64,000 bases of DNA from an uncultured Verrucomicrobiota bacterium (GTDB lineage: Bacteria; Verrucomicrobiota; Kiritimatiellia; CAYTQP01; CAYXEW01), in assembly GCA_964464115.1 (NCBI GenBank), contig CAYXEW010000001.1, positions 8,740-72,739 on the forward strand, read 5' to 3'. Within the stretch, counting starts at the first letter, position 1. Each line of letters begins with the position of its first letter. The position numbers and the translations under genes are program-made. Under the pieces are notes generated by a model that was not told the DNA's origin, did not search any database, and was given only the letters and a program-made list of their open reading frames with translations. This document shows, piece by piece, positions 17,178 through 25,934 of this stretch.

Positions 17178-18494
17178 ATGAAAAGCCCTACAGGAGAATA
17201 CATCATGAAATATCCGGAACTTTCAGAAAAAACAGTATTGGATCAGTACAGTGCGGCTCAAGATATTTACGGCGAACTGAACATCGATACCGAGGTGGCC
17301 ATTCAAACAGCTCTCGAGGCTCCCATTTCGCTGCACTGCTGGCAGGCGGACGATGTCACGGGTCTGGAGGGTATTTGTGAGGAAACCGCTGGCGGCGGTA
17401 TTATGGCAACTGGCAACTATCCGGGCAAGGCCCGCAACGGTGAGGAGATGCGGCAGGATTTTAACGAGGTCCTTTCACTGCTGCCGGGAACTCACAAGCT
17501 CAATATACACGCATCGTATGCTGAAAAAGGCGGCGATAAAGTCGATCGAGACGCCTATGAGCCCAAACACTTCACCCAGTGGATAGAATGGGCCAAAGAG
17601 CACAAACTGGGGCTGGACTTTAACACCACCAATTACGCTCACCCCAAAGCAAATGACGGAATGACCCTTTCACACCCCGACAGTGCCATTCGCGACTTCT
17701 GGGTGCAACATGGCATAGCCTGCCGTTCCATTGCCGAACATATGGGGAAAGAGCTGAATAACCCTTGTGTCCTTAATCATTGGCTCCCCGACGGGATGAA
17801 AGATGATCCGGCTGACCGCTGGTCGCCGCGTCAACGCCTCCTTGAATCGCTTGACCGCATACTGTCAAAAGAGCACGGAATTGACACAACGTGGTGCAAT
17901 GATGCCGTTGAAAGCAAGCTGTTTGGTATCGGGAGCGAGGCGTATGTGGTGGGGTCTTTTGAATTTTACTGTGGCTACGCCCTGAGCCGGAAAATCAAGC
18001 TGTGCCTGGATATGGGGCATTTCCATCCGACGGAGACTATTCATGATAAAATATCCTCACTGCTGTTGTTCCTCGATTCACTGCTCATCCATGTGAGCCG
18101 TCCGATCCGTTGGGATAGTGATCATGTTGTACTATTCAATGATGATGTCAGAGCCGTCTTCCAAGAGTTGATCAGGGGCGGGGCTCTGGACCGCGTAGCT
18201 CTGGCACTGGATTTCTTTGATGCGGGTATTAACCGTATTGCAGCCTATGTAATCGGAACGCGTGCCTCGCGCAAGGCTTTGCTGTATGCGCTGCTTGAGC
18301 CCGTCCAGATGATGCAGGAATTAGAGCGGAATAATCAGAATGGACCCAAACTTGCGGTAATGGAAGAGGCCAAGACACTCCCGTTCCCCTCTGTATGGAA
18401 TATGCTCTGTGTGCGTGCCGGCGTGCCGGCCGGTATGGGATGGCTGAATGAAATTGAGTCATACGAAAACAAAATCCTGTCTAAAAGGGTATAG
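17178..18494 (+). CDS. rhaA: L-rhamnose isomerase
   Basis: LHCWQADDVTGLE matches RhaA LSMHCWQGDDVSGFE. It is about 430 aa and resembles RhaA along its full length. There is no rhaB or rhaD in the window. Confidence 0.8.
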   Translation: MKSPTGEYIMKYPELSEKTVLDQYSAAQDIYGELNIDTEVAIQTALEAPISLHCWQADDVTGLEGICEETAGGGIMATGNYPGKARNGEEMRQDFNEVLSLLPGTHKLNIHASYAEKGGDKVDRDAYEPKHFTQWIEWAKEHKLGLDFNTTNYAHPKANDGMTLSHPDSAIRDFWVQHGIACRSIAEHMGKELNNPCVLNHWLPDGMKDDPADRWSPRQRLLESLDRILSKEHGIDTTWCNDAVESKLFGIGSEAYVVGSFEFYCGYALSRKIKLCLDMGHFHPTETIHDKISSLLLFLDSLLIHVSRPIRWDSDHVVLFNDDVRAVFQELIRGGALDRVALALDFFDAGINRIAAYVIGTRASRKALLYALLEPVQMMQELERNNQNGPKLAVMEEAKTLPFPSVWNMLCVRAGVPAGMGWLNEIESYENKILSKRV

Positions 18495-18502
18495 CCTGTA
18501 TG

Positions 18503-18553
18503 ATTCAATACATACTATTCGTTATGGCGGTTTTTATGAAGTATGAAGGATAG
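18503..18553 (+). repeat. copy A of a duplicated element of about 50 bp (the second copy is at 21252-21302)
   Basis: ATTCAATA-N11-TTATGGCG(G/T)TTTTTATGAAGTATG(A/C)AGG(A/T)TAG. About 39 of 51 positions are identical between the copies. Both contain a 9-codon ORF (MAVFMKYEG and MAFFMKYAG). Confidence 0.6.
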
Positions 18554-18646
18554 TTCTCTTCCTGAAAATCGTACGAAAGAGCGGCTGATAAAGGTCAGAC
18601 CGCTCTTTTTATTTGCCCGCCTTTAGGGAAAGACTATACTGATGCC

Positions 18647-20419
18647 ATGAGTTGGAAAAAAGAAAAACCGGTCTATGTGCTGGATGACACGCTCATTAAC
18701 AAGATCGCCGCCGGCGAAATTGTGGATCGTCCGGCATCGGTTGTGAAAGAGCTGATAGAAAATGCATTGGACGCTGGAGCCGATGATATCATTGTAAAAC
18801 TGGTTGACGGGGGATGCACATTAATAACCATCAGTGACAATGGTTCAGGGATGTCCCGGGATAATGCACTGCTGAGCATTCAACGCCATGCGACAAGCAA
18901 GATCAAGACGGCTGAAGATTTGCATAGCATACTGACAATGGGCTTCCGTGGGGAGGCCCTCGCAGCTGTTTCCAGCGTGTCACGCTTTCAACTGGTAACG
19001 CGTTGCGAATCGGAGGCAACCGGTGTTGACATCAGTATTCACGGAGGCAAAATACAGGAGGTCAATGAGGTCGGAAGGGATCGCGGAACGACTGTTACGG
19101 TTGGCCATCTATTCTATAATGTCCCGGCCCGTAAGAAATTTCTGAGAGCGGAACGAACTGAACTCAATCATGCCAAGCGAGTGTTTCTGCAGTATGCACT
19201 GGCCTATTGGCATGTACGTTTTCAGTTTATTGTTGATGAGCGGACTGTTTACAGCCTGCCCGCAGAAAAAGAACTACTCCACCGGTGCGAGGCATTGATG
19301 GGTAAAGAATTTACACGTGATATGAAGTCGGTGAAATGGAGGGGTGGGGGCATACGGGTAAATGGACTGGCCGGCACCGATCAGCGGCATCTTTCCGATC
19401 GATCTGATCAGTATTATTTCATTAATAGCCGACCGGTTGTCGCCCCGATATTGTACATAGCCATCAACGAAGCCTACCAGCAGATAGTGCCGAAGGGACG
19501 TCATCCGGCCCTGGTATTATTTATCGAGCTGCCGCCGGAGCTTATCGATGTAAATGTTCACCCCGCCAAAAAAGAAGTACGCTTCAAACGGCCTATTGAA
19601 ATGAGGGAAGCCGTGAAGACGGCGCTGCTACAGGCGCTTGGACAGTCCGGCGCGCGTTCAGGCGTAGCAGGACAGTCTGGTGGTATGCCGTTTTCGCCTA
19701 GAAAACCGGCAATACGAATGCCCGATATTCCGATCCTTCCTCCCTTTACATATCCTGGCAGTCAACTGGATTTGAGCCTGACGACGAAGAAGAATGAAAA
19801 GGAGCTCGACCGGGAATCAGAGCAGGGTTCTGTTGGAACCGCCTCGCCATGGTCATGGTGCAGGATCATCGGCCAGGCCGGTGGCACCTTTGTGCTGTTG
19901 GAAACAGAAGAAGGTATTGTGGTTATGGATCCGCGGGCGGCACATGAACGCGTTCTGTACGAAAAAATGAAAACAATGATGGAAGCGGGCATCAAAGAAG
20001 AACAGGGCCTGCTGATACCGGAGACCGTTGAGCTCGACTCAAATGCAGCGGCGCGGGTAAGTGAACACCTTGAAAAATTACAGCAGATGGGTTTTGGTAT
20101 TGATGAATTTGGAATAAATGCCTTTATCGTGGACCGTATTCCAGCCTGTCTTGATGACGTAAAAGCAGGCCCTATTATCGAGGATATTGCTCACGGATTA
20201 GAGCAGGGGACGGGCCGTGGCGAAGTGATTGAAGACCAATTGCTTAAATGGGTTAGCCAGTCTGCCGTCAGACATGAGGAATCGCTGACTATCAGAGAAA
20301 TCGAGCAGCTCGTCAATGATCTTGCCAGATGCGATATGCCCTATACGAGCCCGCGGGGAAAATCCTGTATTATCTTTATGGGCTACAACGAATTAAACCG
20401 CAAATTCGGCAGGGCGTGA
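18647..20419 (+). CDS. mutL: DNA mismatch repair protein MutL
   Basis: The N-terminal GHKL ATPase shows AAGEIVDRPASVVKELIENALDAGA. The protein is 590 aa and has the MutL C-terminal dimerisation region. Confidence 0.9.
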   Translation: MSWKKEKPVYVLDDTLINKIAAGEIVDRPASVVKELIENALDAGADDIIVKLVDGGCTLITISDNGSGMSRDNALLSIQRHATSKIKTAEDLHSILTMGFRGEALAAVSSVSRFQLVTRCESEATGVDISIHGGKIQEVNEVGRDRGTTVTVGHLFYNVPARKKFLRAERTELNHAKRVFLQYALAYWHVRFQFIVDERTVYSLPAEKELLHRCEALMGKEFTRDMKSVKWRGGGIRVNGLAGTDQRHLSDRSDQYYFINSRPVVAPILYIAINEAYQQIVPKGRHPALVLFIELPPELIDVNVHPAKKEVRFKRPIEMREAVKTALLQALGQSGARSGVAGQSGGMPFSPRKPAIRMPDIPILPPFTYPGSQLDLSLTTKKNEKELDRESEQGSVGTASPWSWCRIIGQAGGTFVLLETEEGIVVMDPRAAHERVLYEKMKTMMEAGIKEEQGLLIPETVELDSNAAARVSEHLEKLQQMGFGIDEFGINAFIVDRIPACLDDVKAGPIIEDIAHGLEQGTGRGEVIEDQLLKWVSQSAVRHEESLTIREIEQLVNDLARCDMPYTSPRGKSCIIFMGYNELNRKFGRA

Positions 20420-20428
20420 AAGTTTATT

Positions 20429-20505
20429 TGGCGTACCCAGCAGGAGTCGAACCTGCAACCTCCTGATCCGTAGTCAGGTGCTCTATCCAATTGAGCTATG
20501 GGTAC
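20429..20505 (-). tRNA. tRNA-Arg (anticodon ACG)
   Basis: The reverse complement GTACCCATAGCTCAATTGGATAGAGCACCTGACTACGGATCAGGAGGTTGCAGGTTCGACTCCTGCTGGGTACGCCA folds as a cloverleaf. The anticodon loop is CUACGGA and the CCA end is encoded. Confidence 0.9.
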
Positions 20506-20617
20506 ACAGAAAGTGAAGCGGGAATATAGTTAAGGGTGTAAACAATATCAAGAGATTTCCTTTACAAATCGCCACGGGATGTAATTATACAGGCATAGAC
20601 ATTTGGTGAAACCTAAT

Positions 20618-20975
20618 GGGGGCGACTGGCTTCGACGTGTAGGTTGAAGCATTTGTTGCGTGTCGAGGATATCGGTGGGCCTCGTAAATCATCCGGTAAA
20701 AACAATAAAAGCCAACCAAGAATTGGCCCTCGCAGCGTAACATAAGTCTGCGACGTCTCTACGTTGACGCCTGCTAGGCGATAGAGGCGACGACAGCAGG
20801 CTGGCTCCAAAGCCGGGCAGCCGGGCCGAGGAGTAAGATCTATTTCGTGGCCGCTGGTCCGATGATCAGTCTGTTCGTCGACAGTTCATCGGGCGAGATT
20901 AAATGACGGAATACACACGTAGATGCATATGTGACTCTTATGCGGACGGGGGTTCAATTCCCCCCGCCTCCACCA
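20618..20975 (+). ncRNA. ssrA: tmRNA (ssrA)
   Basis: The 5' end GGGGGCGACUGGCUUCGACG pairs with the 3' end CGCCUCCACCA to form a tRNA-Ala-like acceptor stem carrying the G3-U70 identity pair. A T-arm (GGGGGUUCAAUUCCCCC) and an internal tag ORF (...GCC AAC CAA GAA TTG GCC CTC GCA GCG TAA, peptide ...ANQELALAA) are present. Confidence 0.9.
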
Positions 20976-21002
20976 TTTGAAAAAAACAAACTGATCCTGT
21001 TG

Positions 21003-21036
21003 CCGATTCCTTAACGCGGGGTCGGTTTTTATCTTT
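21003..21036 (+). terminator. putative terminator after ssrA (a weak stem followed by TTTTTATCTTTT)
   Basis: The CCGA...TCGG stem is short, but a T-rich tract lies 28 nt after the tmRNA 3' end. Confidence 0.3.
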
Positions 21037-21251
21037 TGATTTATTAGCCTGTATTATGCACGCATTCAAAATATTGTAGCTGCGAGACGCCAGAGGTGCT
21101 GCTGTAATTTTCTACCGCAAGTCTCTGGCAACGAAGCAGATGCAGCATTTTCAACGCGCCCTCTGGGTAAAAAACGCCATTGACTCTTGTATTTAATTCC
21201 GTTATCGACTTCAAATTCAACTTTTACTCTCACTTATCATTATTAATTGCT

Positions 21252-21302
21252 ATTCAATATGTACCATTTCTTATGGCGTTTTTTATGAAGTATGCAGGTT
21301 AG
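21252..21302 (+). repeat. copy B of the duplicated element of about 50 bp (see 18503-18553)
   Basis: It lies inside the AT-rich spacer of the ssrA-adjacent insertion, about 350 bp upstream of the 21649 ORF. Confidence 0.6.
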
Positions 21303-21648
21303 ACTGATCTATTCATAAAAATGGATGAGAATGATTGTACCTCTTGGGTTTGGGATGGATATGGATTTTTGATCGTGAATAATTCAGGTTAGCGACTTAT
21401 GCTGTATAGAGCGTTTTGCAACATGCTCCGGATTCACTCCCGCTTCGGAAAATCTCATTCCCTTCCTGGCAATGTGAGTGAGACACCAAACGGAGAAAGT
21501 GCGAAGGGTTGGAACAAAGAGGGGGTGCCATCAGAAGGACTGCACTGTTGACAGCGCGGGGCGTCTTGCGGTAGAAACCAAGTTATTGGAGCATAGCTTT
21601 ATCCACGAGTGCAGGAAGCGAAAGTGTTACCCTTTTTAGACAAACTCT

Positions 21649-23145
21649 TTGTCATTATCAGATAGGAGAAACAAGGTGCGAGATTATCAGACAGAAGAAG
21701 CGGGAGCAAGTACAGCAAGGCTGGAAACCTTAATTAATGCGTTTTTAAGCAGGTGCAATAAAAGCGAAGTAAAGCTGCGTGCAGATTTAACGATACGAAA
21801 AGAACCAGGATTTACAAGAGCTTCAAGCGGCGCAAAGGTGTGGGAAATCAATCCTGGTGTACTTGATAGAGATGCTTTCCTGAATGAAATTGCTGACGAT
21901 GTTGGGCTTCATGCAGAAACACTTCGCTCAGAAGACTGGGCACCATTAAGGGATCAGATTTGGTTTGACGCAAAACTTGAATTAGCTGTGCGAGATGTGC
22001 CGTGGATACAAGAAACTGATATCCGTATAACCGATTTATATGATCCAAAAGTGCGCTTACTCGTAGGGTTGGGAGATGTCAGGGGCTCAGCTTCATACCA
22101 ATCGTTCTACGTTAATTTTTATCGAAATAGAGAGCTGTCGGAAGTCCAGGCTATTTTTAACACCGCGGGTTATCGATTGATACCCATACCTGTTCAAATG
22201 GAGGAAAAAGATCTTTCTAAAATGGGGCGAGTGTTGAACACAATTTTGGGTGATAACCGTATTATACGGATGGCTTTTACAAAACCAACTAAAGAAGCAG
22301 CAGTCAAAACCGGATTATTTAATGTGATCGATCCTGATACTTTAGATACGGGTGTAGTCAATACTGCGGCTATTGAGAGGGAAGGTTCAGAACGGCATTT
22401 TGTAAGGCGAACTACAGATGGTCTTGGAACTATTGCGAAGGCAAAGGAGAGTCTTGCCAAAACAGGGCGTACGCTTGGAAACAGTATTACGGGTATAATA
22501 GGTTTGCGTGGATTTGGTTCTGCAGTTTTAGGCAAACTTTTGACCGATTTAGAGGCGCCCAACGAAGTTCGTATAGCTGTTAGAGATGCCAGTTATCAAC
22601 ATGCAGTGGAAGTAATAGATTGGATTAAAAAGGCCTATGAGAAAAAAACCGGTAAACCAACACAAACGATCATTCGCATTCTAAAATATTCGGAGTTTGA
22701 TTTTGAACACGAATCACATCCTCTGAAACAAGTCGATGTTTTGTTTGATTGCACAAAAGTCGGCATGAATGATGATCACTATTCTCTGCGTTATTTAGGA
22801 TTCATCACTCCCACTATGATTGTATTCCATGCTGCTTATAGGGATAAAGATAAACAACCGCGTGTGCCGCCTATATTATGCAAGGCCAGAGCGTTTGGAG
22901 CCGTGGTCCATAATGGTATAGCTGATTGGCTGGGGCATCAATATATGCAGGTAACGGAAGATTTGAAACGGGCTTCGGGATTGATGCCGGATATGCCGGA
23001 GTGGAATGATGATAAGTGGGTAACTATTCGCAACCAGCTTGAAAACGTTGCTTTCAAGTGGGCCAATTTACAGGGATTAAAAGATGCTATGGATCTTTTG
23101 GGTGAGTCAGGTGTTGAAGGTCCTAAAGCAGACGGGCATGAATGA
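21649..23145 (+). CDS. hypothetical protein: an N-terminal region of about 270 aa with no family I recognise, fused to a shikimate/quinate-dehydrogenase-like NAD(P)-binding domain. Composition is foreign.
   Basis: The 498-codon ORF is AT-rich (about 40 % GC in the first 100 nt against about 50 % in the neighbouring mutL) and uses A/T-ending codons. A GTG start at 21676, 8 nt after AGGAG, is an alternative start. The C-terminal half aligns by eye with AroE-family motifs: GIIGLRGFGSAVLGKLL...RIAVRDAS (Rossmann loop and NRT-like strand), DVLFDCTKVGM (INATSVGM-like) and HNGIADWLGHQYMQ (NGLGMLxxQA-like). Confidence 0.6.
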   Translation: MSLSDRRNKVRDYQTEEAGASTARLETLINAFLSRCNKSEVKLRADLTIRKEPGFTRASSGAKVWEINPGVLDRDAFLNEIADDVGLHAETLRSEDWAPLRDQIWFDAKLELAVRDVPWIQETDIRITDLYDPKVRLLVGLGDVRGSASYQSFYVNFYRNRELSEVQAIFNTAGYRLIPIPVQMEEKDLSKMGRVLNTILGDNRIIRMAFTKPTKEAAVKTGLFNVIDPDTLDTGVVNTAAIEREGSERHFVRRTTDGLGTIAKAKESLAKTGRTLGNSITGIIGLRGFGSAVLGKLLTDLEAPNEVRIAVRDASYQHAVEVIDWIKKAYEKKTGKPTQTIIRILKYSEFDFEHESHPLKQVDVLFDCTKVGMNDDHYSLRYLGFITPTMIVFHAAYRDKDKQPRVPPILCKARAFGAVVHNGIADWLGHQYMQVTEDLKRASGLMPDMPEWNDDKWVTIRNQLENVAFKWANLQGLKDAMDLLGESGVEGPKADGHE

Positions 23146-23258
23146 GTTGTAGTAGCTACGATTTGGATCGTCCTGATGGGCCGGATTGTCAGTCTACTTC
23201 TAACGGCCCACCTTCCTCATGGAGCTGACATACTTCACCTTGCCATTATAGGATTTTA

Positions 23259-24125
23259 CTACAGCAACTTCGCCAGTAGTGCATGATCATCCTTTCCCAC
23301 GCTGTACTTTTCTGCTGGTACAACTTCCATTCCGTTTTCCCAGGTCGAGAAACGATAGAGGGTGGCAAAAGTGAATTCGGGAGCTTCTTTCCCCTGTCCT
23401 CCGACGACTTCGGCTCCGCGCCGGACGTTGTCCATCATCCAGGCCGGCAGGCGCAGGTGATAGGGGTTTCGCGCCACTTCACCTTTATGTAAAGACAGAG
23501 CGGTTAGCAGGGTGCCCACGTTATCTTCCGACAGCTCTACCATCATATTAGGCTGTTTCATGGGCCGCCAGAATTCTGTCTGTACAAGGTGTGTGGAAAA
23601 GTCGTTTTCCATGTCTGCCAGAGCGTCCATCACCAACTGGTGCACACCTTCGTGAGTTCGATTCCAGTCTTCAGCATGCGGAAAAAACAGTATGCTTGGA
23701 TGGATCTGTATAAGCAGCTGTTTGATGAGCTGGACAGCATCGAACCACGGGGCCGGTGTCTCCGATCGCGCCAACGGTGTTATATTGTCGAGACCTAAGT
23801 CTTGAGGAACAACCAGTTCAAACCCGAGAAAGCGGCATCCTTTTTTCACTTCGTCGAGTCGTCGCTCCCGCTGGTCTTTCCGGCTGCCCAGCGTGACGGC
23901 AACATTAATGACTCGGGCATGTATCTCTTTTTGAAATCTCAGCGGGAGTCCTCCGACAATGCATTCATCATCGGGATGCGGCGAAAACAGTAAAACAGGA
24001 CCTGCCGCCGGCGGTGGGGCACCGGTCTGAAGATTCCGTTTCCATTGTACATCAGCCACTATGCTGCGGCCCTCACGGAGAGCGGATGAAAACTGTTGGC
24101 AATAATCTAAAAACGATTTATTCAT
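23259..24125 (-). CDS. PIG-L/LmbE family deacetylase
   Basis: The hallmark SPHPDDE lies near the N-terminus. The protein is 288 aa and its composition matches the host genome. Confidence 0.75.
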   Translation of the reverse strand: MNKSFLDYCQQFSSALREGRSIVADVQWKRNLQTGAPPPAAGPVLLFSPHPDDECIVGGLPLRFQKEIHARVINVAVTLGSRKDQRERRLDEVKKGCRFLGFELVVPQDLGLDNITPLARSETPAPWFDAVQLIKQLLIQIHPSILFFPHAEDWNRTHEGVHQLVMDALADMENDFSTHLVQTEFWRPMKQPNMMVELSEDNVGTLLTALSLHKGEVARNPYHLRLPAWMMDNVRRGAEVVGGQGKEAPEFTFATLYRFSTWENGMEVVPAEKYSVGKDDHALLAKLL

Positions 24126-24133
24126 AATGCAGG

Positions 24134-25012
24134 TTAAGCCCTCGGGTGAAACTTCTGATGAATGGACTTCAAGCGGGCGGCGTCGACGTGGGTGTAAATC
24201 TGAGTGGTGGCGATATCGGCGTGACCGAGCATTTCCTGGATAACGCGAAGCGGTGCCCCGTTGGCCAGCAGATGGGTGGCGAAGGAGTGCCGCAGGGTAT
24301 GCGGTGTTACATTTTTACTAATTCCGGCTTTCAGCGCGTACGCTTTAATCAGCTTCCAGAGGCCTTTACGTGAAAACCCGGTTCCGCGGCAGGTGAGGAA
24401 AACAACATCCGTTTCTGCTTGAGCGTTTCGATCGTGGTTACAGTATTGCTGTATTGCCGACAGAGCGGAGGCATTAATGGGAATAATGCGTTCTTTACGG
24501 CCTTTGCCCATACATTTGATATAGCGATCATCAAAACGTATGTCTGAACGCTTCAGGAAGGCCAGCTCTGAGACGCGCATTCCACTACCGTAAAAGGTCT
24601 CCAGAATGGCCCTGTCCCGCAACCCGTTTCGCTTTTCAATGTCCGGTGTCTGCAGGAGCCTATCCACTTCTTTGGCCGTAAGCGTATCGGGCAGGATTTT
24701 CCAGAGTTTGGGGGACTCCATATTGTCTGCGATGTTCTGACTAATCAGGGATTCCTGCTGCAGGTAGCGAAAAAACATTTTGATGGCCACCAGACGACGG
24801 GAGAGCGAGGTCGTTTCCAGGCCCCTCTTCTTTTCCTCCATGAGGTAATCCAGGATATGGTGCCGTGTGACATCAGATGGTGTATAGATGCTGCGCTTTT
24901 GCAGAAAATGAAAAAAGGTCTTTAGATCCGAATTATAGGCGCTACTCGTGTTCGCACTCAGCCCCCGTTCCACATTCAGGTAATCGAGAAACTGGTCCAG
25001 CAATACCTGCAT
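24134..25012 (-). CDS. xerD: tyrosine site-specific recombinase XerD (chromosome dimer resolution)
   Basis: 292 aa. LDYLNVERGLSANTSSAYNSDL at the N-terminus, the R..HxxR..Y catalytic set, and a C-terminus (TTQIYTHV...HQKFHPRA) matching the XerD ending ...HHPRA. Confidence 0.8.
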   Translation of the reverse strand: MQVLLDQFLDYLNVERGLSANTSSAYNSDLKTFFHFLQKRSIYTPSDVTRHHILDYLMEEKKRGLETTSLSRRLVAIKMFFRYLQQESLISQNIADNMESPKLWKILPDTLTAKEVDRLLQTPDIEKRNGLRDRAILETFYGSGMRVSELAFLKRSDIRFDDRYIKCMGKGRKERIIPINASALSAIQQYCNHDRNAQAETDVVFLTCRGTGFSRKGLWKLIKAYALKAGISKNVTPHTLRHSFATHLLANGAPLRVIQEMLGHADIATTQIYTHVDAARLKSIHQKFHPRA

Positions 25013-25015
25013 GCG

Positions 25016-25909
25016 TTATACACTCAAAGGGTTGCCGGTCAGCAATTCATAGGCCTCGATGTATTTCCGGCTCGTCTTTTCTATAACTTCTGCAGGCAGG
25101 GCGGGGCAGGGCGGAGTTTTATTCCAGTCCAGCGCCTCCAGATAATCTCTCACAAATTGTTTGTCGAAGGATACAGGAGAGGTGCCTGGCTGATACTGTT
25201 CTCTGGGCCAAAACCGTGAACTGTCCGGTGTAAAAATTTCATCAATTAAAACCAGTTGATCATTCAGCATACCGAATTCAAACTTGGTGTCAGCCAGGAT
25301 AATACCCTTCTCAAGTGCCCGCTTGGCAGCTCTCACATACAGATCGAGGCTGATTTGGCGCAGCAGGACTCCAGTTTCCTGTCCGACCGTCTCACACATA
25401 ACTTCAAAGGAGATATTTTCATCGTGACCTGAATCGGCTTTTGATGATGGCGTAAAGATGGCCTCATCGAGTGGGTCCGCCATCCGGTAGCCTTCGCGGA
25501 GCGGTAGACCGCAGACGGAACCGCAGCGCTGGTATTCTTTCCATCCGGAACCAATCAAATAGCCCCGCACAATACACTCAACGGGCAGGGGGGAAACCTT
25601 TTTGACCAGCATCGAACGCCCTTTAAGCTGATCGGCATACGGCTGAAGCGATTCAGGAAAATCCGCTACCGAAACTGACACCATATGATGGGGGACAATA
25701 TCCTTCATTTGTTTAAACCACCACGCTGACAACTGTGTAAGCACCGCTCCTTTATAGGGTATGGGCTGATCCAGTACACAGTCAAATGCTGAAATCCTGT
25801 CCGTGGCTACAATGAGCAATTCATGGCCCAGATCATATACTTCCCGCACTTTTCCCGATTTGAATTTCGGGATTCCCGGAAGGTTTTCTATAGAAGGGTT
25901 TGGTGTCAT
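25016..25909 (-). CDS. purC: phosphoribosylaminoimidazole-succinocarboxamide synthase (SAICAR synthetase)
   Basis: GKVREVYDLGHELLIVATDRISAFD is the SAICAR synthetase signature. The protein is about 297 aa. Confidence 0.88.
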   Translation of the reverse strand: MTPNPSIENLPGIPKFKSGKVREVYDLGHELLIVATDRISAFDCVLDQPIPYKGAVLTQLSAWWFKQMKDIVPHHMVSVSVADFPESLQPYADQLKGRSMLVKKVSPLPVECIVRGYLIGSGWKEYQRCGSVCGLPLREGYRMADPLDEAIFTPSSKADSGHDENISFEVMCETVGQETGVLLRQISLDLYVRAAKRALEKGIILADTKFEFGMLNDQLVLIDEIFTPDSSRFWPREQYQPGTSPVSFDKQFVRDYLEALDWNKTPPCPALPAEVIEKTSRKYIEAYELLTGNPLSV

Positions 25910-25934
25910 GATGTACTCCTTGTCATGTATCTGA

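Noticed and set aside
17178-18494. Orphan rhaA without rhaB or rhaD, considered as a sign of a degraded rhamnose locus
   Set aside because: Catabolic genes are often dispersed in non-enteric genomes, and this ORF is intact and full-length. I noted it only as context.
20613-20810. 65-codon minus-strand ORF
   Set aside because: It overlaps the tmRNA gene, whose RNA features are unambiguous.
23190-23215. Possible attR: the sequence CCCACCTTCCTCA at the right edge of the islet vaguely resembles the tmRNA 3' end CCCGCCTCCACCA
   Set aside because: Only about 9 of 13 positions match, with an indel. That is too weak to call a duplicated integration site.
24134-25012. Tyrosine recombinase near tmRNA, considered as the integrase of the ssrA islet
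   Set aside because: Its composition is native (about 52 % GC by eye). At 292 aa it has XerD length, and its C-terminus ends ...HQKFHPRA like chromosomal XerD. It is separated from the islet by the native LmbE-family gene. I call it housekeeping xerD, not an island integrase.
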